Positions 27,670-40,147 of a DNA stretch of 64,000 nucleotides are shown in pieces (positions within the stretch are counted from its first letter, which is position 1; every line of letters begins with the position of its first letter). The DNA is taken from contig CM022677.1 of the NCBI GenBank assembly GCA_012295275.1, positions 12,090,001-12,154,000 of the forward strand. Direction: 5' to 3'. This stretch comes from Chrysomallon squamiferum (taxonomy: Eukaryota > Animalia > Mollusca). The position numbers and the translations under genes were made by a program. Below the pieces are notes generated by a model. It saw only the letters and a program-made list of their open reading frames with translations. It was not told the origin of the DNA and made no database searches.

Positions 27670-28010
27670 TCTCTCTCTATGTATATATATACATACACAC
27701 ACGTGTATTTCATTCTGTAACTAGCTGGATTTGATGTATCAGAATATGTTTCAACTTTTTTTTCTTCTTCTGCTGATAGTTAAGATACAGTTACCAGGTT
27801 TGTTAATACTGTTTTTCATTTTTTTCAGATATTCCAGATTCCAAAGCAGTCACAAGTTCTCTACAGGAATTAAGTCTGAACTCCAGTTGTTTAACCAACC
27901 AGCTGTTTGAGTTTCCATATAAAACTCCTTTCTTTGAAAAGACGTGGACATTGGAAATTGTCCTGATCTTTCTGTATCTGTCATTGATGATTTAGTTAAA
28001 CTTACTTCAG
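24949..28010 (+). pseudogene. RNI-like leucine-rich-repeat gene fragment, copy A (exons 24949-25327, ~25801-25896, ~27010-27126, 27829-28010)
   Basis: A Pro/Thr-rich exon is followed by AVCLAVCSNTTVIFLSLTTNKTDTESA, YLDVSSNSVG and SLQELSLNSSCLTN LRR motifs. Stops and deletions are present. It is paralogous to 54726-51774. Confidence 0.72.
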
Positions 28011-28369
28011 GTAATGTTTTTAAATTTTATAAATTTTTATAATATTTGAATAATTATTCTATATATAATCCTAATCTTTCTCTATCAGACAGACAATTTA
28101 GTTAAGCCATATGCTAAGAATATTAAACTAAACTTTTTATTATGAAATAATTTTATGTAGATATTTTTTAATGTATATAAATATTTTGTTTTGTTATATA
28201 GTTGTAATTATTATGTATTTGTTATTGAGTAGGTAATTATGTATAAACTGCTTGTTTCCTTTTTGCTTTTGTTCTCATGTTCTCTGTCTCTGAGTCTGTC
28301 TTTCAGTCTGTCTTTAAGCCTTTTATAATTAATTTTCTAATTTCAGCTTTACTTATATTTATATTCCTG

Positions 28370-28866
28370 AGAGTGAGTGAGTATGTGTGTATAAGCAATA
28401 GAGATAATTGCTCTGACAATAGTCTGTGTGTATGTGTGTGTGTGAATATCAGCAATAGTGCAAATTGCTATTCTGATCAGTTTTGTGTGTATGTGTTGTA
28501 TCAGCAACACTGATAACTGCTACTCTGACATTAGTTGTGTGTTTGTGAGTGAGTGTGAGTGTACAAGCAATAATGATAACTGTTATTCTGTGTATGTGTG
28601 TGTGACTGTGTTTGTGAGTGTATCAGCAATAGTGATAACAGCTACTCTGATAATAGTATGTGTGTGTGTCTTTGAGTGTATCAGCAGTAGTGATAACTGC
28701 TTCTGTGATAATAGTCTGTGTGTCTGAGTAACTACTACTTTGCCACAGTGATAATTGCTACTTTGATAATTGTGTGGGTAATGGAAATAGTGATAACTAC
28801 TACTATGATATCAGTATGTGTGTGTTTTTGTGTTTGAGTGTATCAGTGATAATTACTACTGTGATC
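28370..28866 (+). repeat. Degenerate ~50-bp minisatellite running into a gap
   Basis: Repeated gtgtatcagcaatagtgataactgctactctga...gtgtgtg. Confidence 0.8.
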
Positions 28867-29066
28867 NNNNNNNNNNNNNNNNNNNNNNNNNNNNNNNNNN
28901 NNNNNNNNNNNNNNNNNNNNNNNNNNNNNNNNNNNNNNNNNNNNNNNNNNNNNNNNNNNNNNNNNNNNNNNNNNNNNNNNNNNNNNNNNNNNNNNNNNNN
29001 NNNNNNNNNNNNNNNNNNNNNNNNNNNNNNNNNNNNNNNNNNNNNNNNNNNNNNNNNNNNNNNNNN
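28867..29066. other. Assembly gap (200 N)
   Basis: Run of N. Confidence 0.99.
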
Positions 29067-29708
29067 ATTTGGAACCAATTACATCTTTAATCTGAGGTAT
29101 TATTGTAGTATGGATATCGCTTATCGCATAAAGTATGCAAATATGACAAATATCGAAATAATCTATATATCGAATATAGTGGATGTAAATAATTAAAAAA
29201 GAAGGTATTATCTAAAAGTATTCCAAATGATTTGGTCCTTCCTATGAACTTTTTCAGTCATAGCCAAAGTATTTGCAGGTCATAATATCTTTAGTGTACA
29301 TACTATTAATATACTATGTCACATATATTGTATTATATGTGCACAATGTGAATATGTATGTGTGCATAACGTCAATATGATCAGTAACTAATATCTTGAA
29401 CATGTTTAAGTTGAATATGGCTGAATTCGAACAGTTAATGAGAAATGTAACGTTCACATGTTCTGTTTACTGAATATAAGTAAATTACTCGTAAAATGTG
29501 TTAGTTATTTATAATATTTTTGTCGTTTTCTTTTACAGAAGCAAGCCATAAGCATTAATAAAAAAACACATCTTTATGCTTTTTACTTTTCTTTTATTTA
29601 TTTATTATTTTTTTTAATAGAAGATGAAATTGATGTAAAATTGTTTATTATTGGTCGCTTGTTTTGTAACGGAAAGGAAATGTTTATGAATTAGAAATGA
29701 CCAGTTTA

Positions 29709-29745
<37 letters not shown>

Positions 29746-31857
29746 GTAACAGTAACTGTAATTATAGTAATAAGAATAAGAATAAGAAGAATACGAATAA
29801 TAACAATAATAATAATAATGTTCATGATGATGATTATGATCATGATAATGAGGAAGAGGAAGATGATGATGATAATAATGAAAAATCTACAACAAATGAG
29901 CAGTGAACGCTTATTCTGCTTTCGGTTGATGTTACATAATCGTTTTAGGAACAATGCGCTCCGCCTCTGAATGTTAGAAAGAAACCAGATGTATGCACAG
30001 GCCAAGTTCATTATATTGCGGTAGACCAGCCTTTTCTATGAAATGGGAAGACAGCATAAAAATAAGTGTAATTTACAAGACGGCACATTCGGCACAGTTT
30101 CATTGGATCTCAATATCGAATCAGCACTGACTTCCTGAGATGGCAATAATAATACCAAGGAGCCCATAATCCATTTGCCATGTTTCCTCCTTTTGTGCAA
30201 ATGTCGCAAAAGGTAGTTATAATTCTCAAAATGTTCGTTAAGTCAAAAACAAGATTTTCACTGATTTTTAGCCACGATTTGTTGTTATCGTTGTGGTAGT
30301 GTGGGAGGGTGTTTTATTTAAAAAATAAAAGAACAAAAAATAAAAATAAAAATAAACAAAATAAATAAATAAATAAATAAAAGAATGAAAGGAAAGGAAA
30401 AGAAAAATGTGTAGCACTTTTCACTTCCGTAACAAATATGAAATGTAGATCAGGTATTAATCTTTATTTATTTGAAATATCAATATCATGAAAATATGTA
30501 TACCGCTAAATGTTTTCTAAAATCCGTTTTGTATCGTAAACAAACTATTATCGCTTTATTTTGGGAATGTGATAAAAATACTGGTATTTGACTGAATGTT
30601 TATTGTTGTTCTACCTGAATAGATTAAATGTATATTATATTAATATATAATTAATTAGCTATTACATTAGCTACTGTAGGATTGTAATCTCATGCAGTCA
30701 ACATGACATCTTGAACATTTCATAAAAAATATCTTGCGTTTTAAAGAATATTTTAAAATTTAATGAACTTCGATCACAGTATTTGTTTCAATAAAGCTTG
30801 AAACAATGAACTGAAATCAGAAGACTTTCTGGAACATAAAATTTCCATCATCCTCTTATTTTTTAGGTACAAGATATCCTCAATCGTTAATATCGGTTGA
30901 AGAAACTTTCTCGTGCTGCGGTGGCGAAACTTGGAGAAACAGAAACGAGCCTTTAAGAGAATTGTTACTGCTAACAAATTGCATCCATGTTCGCTACTTT
31001 AGCCGATATGTTTAAAATTCCTTCCAGACCTTGGTACCGTTCTTTATGACCGTGGCTTATCGCTTTGCTTTGAACTAGTGTAACTCCTTTTTACCTAAAA
31101 TCTTTATCATTACTTTTTTTCAAGGCAGTGTCACAGGATCCTATAACGATAGCAGTAACTGACCCTAAATTCAGATTTCCATGTAAACGAAATGGAAACC
31201 CATAACAGAATGGGTAAGCTACCCAAATTGGGTTTGCTCTATGAGTAATAACAGATAGGATTTTATATATTTAACTGTTTTATTAGCACGTTTAAGTTTA
31301 CTAGAAACAATACATACAGTACATTTCTGAATCTATATTTGCGCTATCGCTGACAAATTACTACAGCAGTAACAGTGAACAACAATATTTGTAGCATATC
31401 AGAACTACTAAACATATTTATTAGTTACAATTACTCTGAATACACACTCAAAAAGCAGATAAACGAGATTAATTTTTATGTTGCTTGCAATCTGACAACC
31501 ATTTTCGAAGTGAACTTCACGCTGGCTAATGGGGAGTGATGCCAACCGACTAATATCATTAATGACACACATATATATATATATATATATAGTTTTCCGA
31601 CTCCGGTTGAATAGCTAAATTCATAACAATTTCAAGAGAGTTATCTCCTATTAAAAAAAAAAAAAGAAGAAAAAGACTACTTCAAATGCAGATTGTAGAG
31701 TTCAGAATATTTGGTGGTTTCTTAATAAGGATTCTATATTCTATTAACAAAATCAATTTATATTAGATTCACCTTACTGTGACGAAGCTTTCACGTTTCG
31801 TGCGATTAAGTACAAAGCCCGAGACTATAAAATTACATTGATTAAATGAGTGGCGGC

Positions 31858-34800
31858 ATGTCGGATGTTGGGAAGTTGTGTCTGTTTCTTACATTATTCT
31901 TCACCCAGTTCGAAATTATTTCAGGTATTGTTAAAAATAGGATATATATATATATATATATAATTTACTTTACATTTTAACATATTAAATTTAAAACACA
32001 TTATTAATGTATAAACTTGCTATAATTCACTGCATATGTTTAGTAATTTGCAGGTTGTATGCTTTTCTTCAATGTTCTGACTTTTTGCATATGAAATTCA
32101 TAAGTTAGTGAAGGCCTAGTAGTTTTCCATTTTTTTAAAAAAAGCATTTTTCTTTTTCGTGTTTTTTTGTAAATTCGGTTTCATTTCCTTTTTGGGAATA
32201 AATGATGTAATAACAAAAATTAATATAGAAAATGGTCTTTATTCAAGAATCTTCTGGCCATGTAATTGTAACTAAATGAAGCAAACTTCAATGTCTCCAT
32301 TTACATGGCATGTTGCTTTGCTCTTTCTTCTCTCATTAAGTGGATGTTTGTATTGAGAAAAACTTATTTCAACATCAACAGAAGTTACATGCATCCAAAC
32401 AGCATCAGATGCTATGGCAGATAGCTTTAGGAGGCAACTCTGCATTGTGCATGCCTTGCCAAAACTCGGAAATGGACAAAATAGTGATAAGTACTTCATG
32501 ATGCCCCATATACATGAGCCATTCCTCGAGCAGCTCAAGAAATGGATTCAGCAGAGCCTCGAGAGCAGTGAAGTCTTTGATATTGTGTGCGATTGCAGAC
32601 AGCTGAGATGAATCAAAAATTCGTACTGTTTTGTAGTACGGATTTGCTGGATGCTTGTCCCACTAGTCTTCAAGTTCATTTAGGTAGAGACTGAATATAT
32701 ATATTTTTTTAAATGTATGTGGTTTTCCCTTTGATCAACTGGAAAATTCTCAAGAAGTCGATCTGTCTCTGGGCCAGAATTCAAAACAAGAATTCCAGCA
32801 AGATGAGATGGGTAGATGGTAGCTTCACATCAGGAGCAGCAATCAGTTCAGTGAGGTGTTTTATGTACGAGAGTGTTGAGCGCGGTGGGGGTAAACGCAC
32901 TTCGGCGCCCGTGGTCAGCAATTAGCGTGGAGTAAAAAGTCCTAAAATAGGGGCTCTGTACAAACGCCTGGCTTGTTTTCGCCACAATGACTTCAATGTT
33001 ATTTTTAGCACAGCAAGGAGGGTCAAAGTTCAATCTTTCTAGCAGTGTGCGTGTCGTCGCTGGCAATGGCTTATATCAATAGTTGTGTCCAAAATGTACT
33101 TTTTCATGCCTTCAAACCTTTTTTTTTTAAAACTGGCTGAAAATAAATCCTATGTTCACGGGATCAAATGAAAGATCATTCAATTACCTTTCAACCAATG
33201 TGCGACACTACGGTGCGTCTTCTTCGGCGAAAAGAAGCTCCGCGTTTGAAAGGGAAATCGCCATTACGTTACGTTTTTTTACAGAAGGATATCGCCGTAG
33301 ATTTCATGTACAGCTAGAATGGTCTGGCGTAGTTTGAAATGATTATATTTATATGTTGTTTATATTTTTAATAACTTGTTGGCTGATTATTTTTCTTCAA
33401 TGTTCCTACTTTTAGCGTATTATTATAGCACGTGCGTAGCGAAATCGCATTTTGAAATAAACGAATTAACATTGTTTTGACGATTACTATCTTCAGTTTA
33501 AAACCGTCGATTATTTTGCATTCAAAATTCTTGTGATAAACGTCGAATTAAGAATCGTAAGCATAACAAACTATACAACATAATAGAACAATGCATTCAG
33601 AGGTATTGATGGAATGCTGAATAAAAATCTAATCACTTTTAAAAAAATATAAAATCATAAATTGATCAGTTTTAAAACATTATTTTTGCTTATTTGTAAT
33701 CTCTATCAGAGAAAATTTCAACAATGGTCAGATGATAGGTAACTTTTGTTTGCTATTAAATCACAGCAAGTACAAACCTAAGAAAATTATTTTTTGTTTG
33801 GTTCAAATGACAGACTTATAACACCTGTGTCTTTAATTGCCTCTAGTTTCACGATTACATACATTTTATTGTCCCTGATTAAACCTGCAACATCTTTCTG
33901 GAGTTGACTCCAAGGATTAGCTGAGTATATGTATTGCAAAGGATTATGGTTAAACATCAAATGCTTGTAGACCTTTTCAGTAAAAGTTATATATATATAT
34001 GATATATACACATCACAGTATCTTAACTTATTACAGCCAGTTATTTAATAGAGTGAAAATTGAAGCTGCTTATGTAAATAAAGTGGTGCTGTTCTATAAA
34101 ACAAATGTTTTATTACAAATGTTAAATTCAAGTATGTCATTTGAAACATCTTGATAAATTCTTCACAACACAGGTTGAATTTGTCAAATAAGACAAAAAC
34201 TGAAACAACAGTGTTGATTTTTAGTCATTCTGCTGTGTGTCGTTTTGAAGATTTTGGCATGTTCAGCATGTTATTCTGAACACACATACAAACATACAGG
34301 TCTGAAAAAAATTGAGCTCATTTACCAAGTTGGTCCCATCACGCTTGTTGATTTTCAGTATTTTGTATTAATTACTTTTCAAACTACAGTTGGCCAAAGT
34401 AGCCCTTTCTGCTAATTAGCCAAAATAGGGCTAAAAAAGAACCAAATACCTGTCATACCAATTTGCATATATCTTCTTAACCGCTGGAGATAGAGTCATA
34501 CTTTTTTGTGTATATTCATTATTTTTGCTTTTGCATATTATGTGAAATTAAAGTCAGAACAAATTTGCCTGCCGGTACCTACATGATGCCAAGATCACGC
34601 ACTTCAATAGTTTCATCAGCTGTAATACTGACAAGACAATCACACAAAAGAGCCTTTATTGCAGCGAAATGTATGTCAGACAGTTTTGGGACATATGTGG
34701 TACAGAGTGTAGATCCTTGAGATATAGCTCTCCTGCCTACTTAAGATGGTTTTGGGTCATTCCATGTCAAATCACCCCACCTCCCGAAAAAAAAGATAGT

Positions 34801-37800
34801 GATTCCTAGCATCCAAAATTGATCATTCAGGTTTTAGTTAATCAGATGTTATTGGCTGAAAAGGTGTTATATTCATGTATGTGCATATTTCAAATCTATA
34901 TTGTGGCTAGACAAAAAATATTACACCCAGGAAACTTTTATATGTTTTAGTTAACATGTGGGAGATTAAATTTCAATAAAGGTCATCTCAATGTCACGTG
35001 ATCCACACGGTCAATTTCATAGCAAAGGTAAAAAGGTCAGTTTACTCCAGTATTTTCCATTGATCATTCAGGTTTTAGTTAATCAGATGTTATTGGCTGA
35101 AAAGGTGTTATTTTTATGTATGTGCATTTTTTAAATATATAAAAGTTATAAATACTCCAATATGAACATCCAAACTGAACAAAAATGGCAGATTTGGAAT
35201 CCTTGTCATATTGCCTTTTCAATAATTCCAATTTTATGACGATTGGCCCAGTAGTTCCTGAGATGTGAGGGTTCTAAGGTTGGTGGTCACGCCCATTTTT
35301 GCCAAAAATCTCAAACTTCGGTGGGCCATATCTCCCATACCACTGATCCGATTGGGCTAATAATTCAGTCAATAATTTGGTCAATCATCAAGTTACTTTC
35401 AGCAGCACTGAAAACTTTCTGACCATCATGTGCTCTGCTGGCTGTGTACGTCACACTTAATGTTGTCAGTCTGTCAGTAGTAATGGGAGATCCAGTGATT
35501 CTGACAGGAAGCTTGTTACTGTCTACGTACCACAAGATCTGTGTCTCATTTGGTGCTGGTTTGGCTCCCCGTACAACACAGGTAAAAACAGCAGAGTCTC
35601 CCTCAGTGATGCTAAATGAGTTTGGCCTTGATCCAGAAATGTTCGTGTTCGCAGAATTAACTGGAGCTGGAAAAGGAAAATAAAGAAAATTTACTGTGCT
35701 ATTCCTTATGATGTAATCAAACCATAAAATTCAGATAATGACACCAAAATGGGATTTACAGCAATTTCTGAAGTGCATAGAGTACTTTGTAAAGATTGCC
35801 CTACTCCACGTTCATACATACATAAAATATACTCTGTTCCCAATTTAAATAAATTACCTGTTGTGAGCCTTTATTCAGTATTATAATAAACTGCTTGTGC
35901 TAATCTAGAAAGGCCATACAGAGCTCCATAAACCCATGTAAATTTGTCAGCCTTGTAATTTGACCAATTGCTCAACATGAATAGGGGTCATTCCATGTCA
36001 AATCACCCATGTCATATCACCCCGTAAGTACCTTTTCCTATGCACAAACTAACTAAAACCAGTGAAAACCAGTATTGAGAGTATCTGTCACTAATCATTT
36101 TTTTTTTTTTTTTGATATTATCAGCAATTTGCCAACCATAGTTAGGAAGAAATGAACCACATGCCCCAAAAGCTTTATTATTATTTTATGTATTTTTTTA
36201 AAATATTTAATTGTAGTTTTATTTATAACAATTTGTTTCAAACTGATTTCATGGCAATGAAATATTTCTGAATTTATCATATTACATATGGTAAAAGTCT
36301 GAACAGAGGAGAAAAATCATTCAGGCTACAAGTTATTAAAAATAAAAACAACATGCAAGAATGTTAACAAGTTTATACATTTAAAGTATTTTAATAATAT
36401 AATCATTTTAAGCAGTGACAGTCCTTTCCAGTAGCAGTTATGGCATCTTCACAAGTAGGAAATAGAATTTAAGGATATTTTGCCTACATGGAGATCATCT
36501 TGGTAATATTTGTACTAATGTCTATCAAAACCTGACTTTCTATTTATTGGCTGATTTATTGTTTCATGTTAAATTAACCTATGGGTCATTCTGTGTCAAA
36601 TCACCCAATGGGTTAAACCTGACCATCTCAGATTTTTATGAAACTTGGTATACTTGTTGACACAGCACCAAATCTGAAATTTTAGGCCAATCGAAACAGA
36701 ATTTTGAGATAATCAGCCAAAATGACCACCAACCTTTGACACTCATATCTCAGAAACTACTGGGCCAATCTTCAAAAAATTGGTATTGTTGAAAAGGCAA
36801 TATGAAAAGGAAGCAGTTGAGAAGCAGGAGCCAATCCCTTATCACTAGTCGCCAAAGTGACTTAGGAGATAATACAACTAATTGAACTGATGGACTCAAA
36901 TTAGTTCAGTTTCAAGTGTTCCTCTTCAGTTGGATTCTGATGCTTTCACTGCCCTGTCATCATTTAACATTCTACCTGAAATTTCCATCACATGTAGTCA
37001 GAGGAAGATCTGTTTGCAACCATTCCATAGTCTGTTCCAGATGAAGATGCTGACCATATCACTGGAACTGAGACTCTGTACCTGGCCTGACAGTTAATAG
37101 TTGCCAGTGTTTCAAGGACAAGATGCTGTGCAGCTCTGGGTGTCATTCAACACAACATGTACAAATAAACTCCTTCCTTCCTGTAAAGGAACACTAAGCA
37201 AAATATTAGACATAATTTGAACTACTCTTCTTTTTTTTCATTAGAATGATTTCAGGAAATATTTTTAGTATATATTTAAAGTATGTGTGAAATGCTATAA
37301 TTTAGTAATATTAACAGTTTATCAACAAATTAAATTAAGAGAGTGTGGAATAAAAAAGTTTCCAAAAAAATATATATATATCAGAAACAAAGATGATTTA
37401 ACTTAAAAGGTACAGTTTCATAGCTTTCAAACAACAATATAACAATATTATAATTTATCAAAATAGTCTAGAGGCATCTCTTTATATATATTTTATGTTA
37501 ATGATATAGATATTTTAAATCAAACCTGTAATACATCATTTACCATTGTTCAGAGGATTATTGAAAATAATGTGGGTTTTTACATTCGATAATTTTCTTC
37601 ATTTTTTTTATTGTCATTGGTTTAGAGTGTGACATTTTCTGAAGGAGAGATCCATTGCAAAAATTATTTGGCATTTTATATTTAGTAATGTAACGATCAA
37701 AAAATAAATAAATTACTGCAAAATTACAGGGGCAAGCTATACACTTCAAAGCAGTTTATCACATTTGTATAGCTTATAATTTGTTGCTAGATGATACATC

Positions 37801-40111
37801 ATATTTCCGTTTAATAGGTTTTTCTTGTAGAATAAATTCTTCTAAACGTGTAAAACATTACATTCAAGTTTCCAGTTTAGTTATCTCGAAATTCAAAAAC
37901 AGCAGTGATGTGAATTTGATAATCTATGTGTTCGACAAACCACTTAGTGATATATAGTTTCTTAACAGTACTTATTCAGAGACACAAAGTCTGTATCAGT
38001 TAATGAATGGCACAAGAAAATTGGTGTTTATAGTCATTAAAAATATGTTATTTTTTTGTTTGTGATTTATTTACTCAGATCTTTGTATTTATAAAACTAT
38101 AGTTTCTCCACATTAAATTTTTTATCAGTATAATTTGAAGTAAATAACAGTCACTTGCAAAATATGGTCATGTGATCATTGGGAAAAATACTTCCAACTT
38201 CCCAGCAATATATTTTTAAAAAATGAAGGTGATCAATTGGTTCATCATGGATGAAATGGAAAACAGGTTTTAAAGAAAAGATCACTTGCAGGAAACTCTA
38301 TCATCACAGAAGGATTTTATTATTAAGATTGAGAAAAGGAGGAATTATTTCATTTTGACTATTTTTATTTATTTATTTTTTTATAATGAAGTATCTCACA
38401 AACTGGTCACTCACTAAAATCCTTGATTCAATACAAAAAAACTTCCTGGATTATAATTTTTTCTATTGTGTGGACACTTAAATAGTGTGTCACATGTAGT
38501 CATTCCTTTCAACCTGTCGCATGATATCAAGCCATCTATAAATGGTGTGCAAGAACACAACTTAATTGATGTCTGTGCAAGGTATCTATTCAATGATAAT
38601 TCAGCATAATCTGTTGATAGTATATAACCTTATCTCTAGATAAGCCTGACATTGTTATGTAATGCTGGAATAAAGTAGGATCATTATACCTTTTTATTTG
38701 TTGGTGTATTTATATAAATAATCAGCATTTCTGAATTTCAAAGATGATTTATTCCATAGCAGGACACTGATTTTAGATGTAATTCAATATTATTTTGGTT
38801 ATTTGGACTTTTCAAAAATAATGTTTGTGGTGCATTTTCCATTAAACAAATATTCAATAATGTTTGCAGCTTAAAAATTATAAAATCAGGTTTTTCATAG
38901 ATCTGAATAACAAGAACAACAACAAAAAAGAAACAAAAAACCAACAAAAAACCTGAATATATTCAAAAATATTTAAGATGAGAGGGGAAAACTATAATTA
39001 ATTTTATATTTTCAATTAAAAATAACTGTTAGTATTAAAAAATGTTGAACTAAACTTGTTTAAATGTAACTGATTCAACAAAATGAAAAATCAACAATAA
39101 ACTGAAACAATTGTAATATATATTTTTGCAGGTTTGATGAAATTAACAGATTCTGATGAAGGTGTTTTCAATCAAAGCTACATATTCCAGTGTTCTATAT
39201 CAGAAAACATCACTATAACTATGTCATTTACGAGGGGAAAAGATGCTTTATGTTCAGTCATGCCAAACTGTGTTCAATTCCTTGATTCTAATGATTACAT
39301 TTGTAAATGTGCTGGTGACACTCCTAATCTTTTCAATCTGACAATAAACAGTGTCCGAATTGAAGATGAAGCTAGCTGGACATGCACTTACGATAGAAAT
39401 GCCAGTAACGCGTTTTATCTAAAAGTTTGGAGTAAGTTATTTGTTTTTAATTCAATGAAGTAATACATTTTATTTATTTTTAATGTTTTTCTTTGTTCTA
39501 GCTACTATTACTTGTGCTTTTAATACAACAGTTATTCCAGTAAAAAATTATATTGTAACGAATTACAATCAGCAACGATAAAATATTTTTCTATCTTAAT
39601 TTTTTACATTCAGTTATTAAATTTCTTACACATAAATCATTATGGAATTTTAATCTGATATATAATCATTAAAGGATCATACTATTTTTTCTTCAGTATA
39701 ATGTTCAATCTGTGAAAGTTTTTATATTAGTTTATATTGTGCAAGAAAATGATTAACAGTGATAAAATTCTTATTAAAAGATTGTTTTTTCTTTTAATTT
39801 AATTATTTAGATTTTGTTTTGTTTTTTAATATGTTCTGAATTTTTAAAGTTTTACTGAGGAAGTGTTACAATGGTCTGGGATGTGCTTTCCATAAGACGT
39901 CTTTGATTTGAGTTCATTGGGTATAAACTAAACAAAATTTGTTAGACACATAAGGTCAAAAAATCCACCATCATTCACAGAAAGCGGCATATCTGGTCTA
40001 CATTATTAAGAAACAAGAGTTAATTTCTGGCCTAAAGTATGGTGGTGGTGTTTGTGTCTCTTTATTTTGTACCATGTTTAATCATAGTAAAGTTCAGATT
40101 ACTGTTCGGGT

Positions 40112-40147
<36 letters not shown>

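Noticed and set aside
25989-27724. Hydrophobic and low-complexity ORFs (poly-Y, poly-I, SLSL)
   Set aside because: These are translations of (TAT)n, (ACT)n and (CT)n microsatellites inside introns.
29697-30011. Asn/Asp-rich and Ile-rich ORFs
   Set aside because: (AAT)n and (GAT)n repeats with no domain signal.
29905-31100. GC-richer exon-like patches (29905-30215, 30868-31070)
   Set aside because: Stops occur in the frames examined and no recognisable motif was found; cannot be called without a search.
31826-31832. TATAAAA upstream of the Ig signal-peptide exon
   Set aside because: It is only 32 nt from the ATG, leaving almost no 5' UTR, and such motifs are frequent in AT-rich DNA.
38380-38690. 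Possible REL-endonuclease retrotransposon remnant (LCGH..SVSHVV, RHD-like, KPDIV)
   Set aside because: Too short and degenerate to support by eye.
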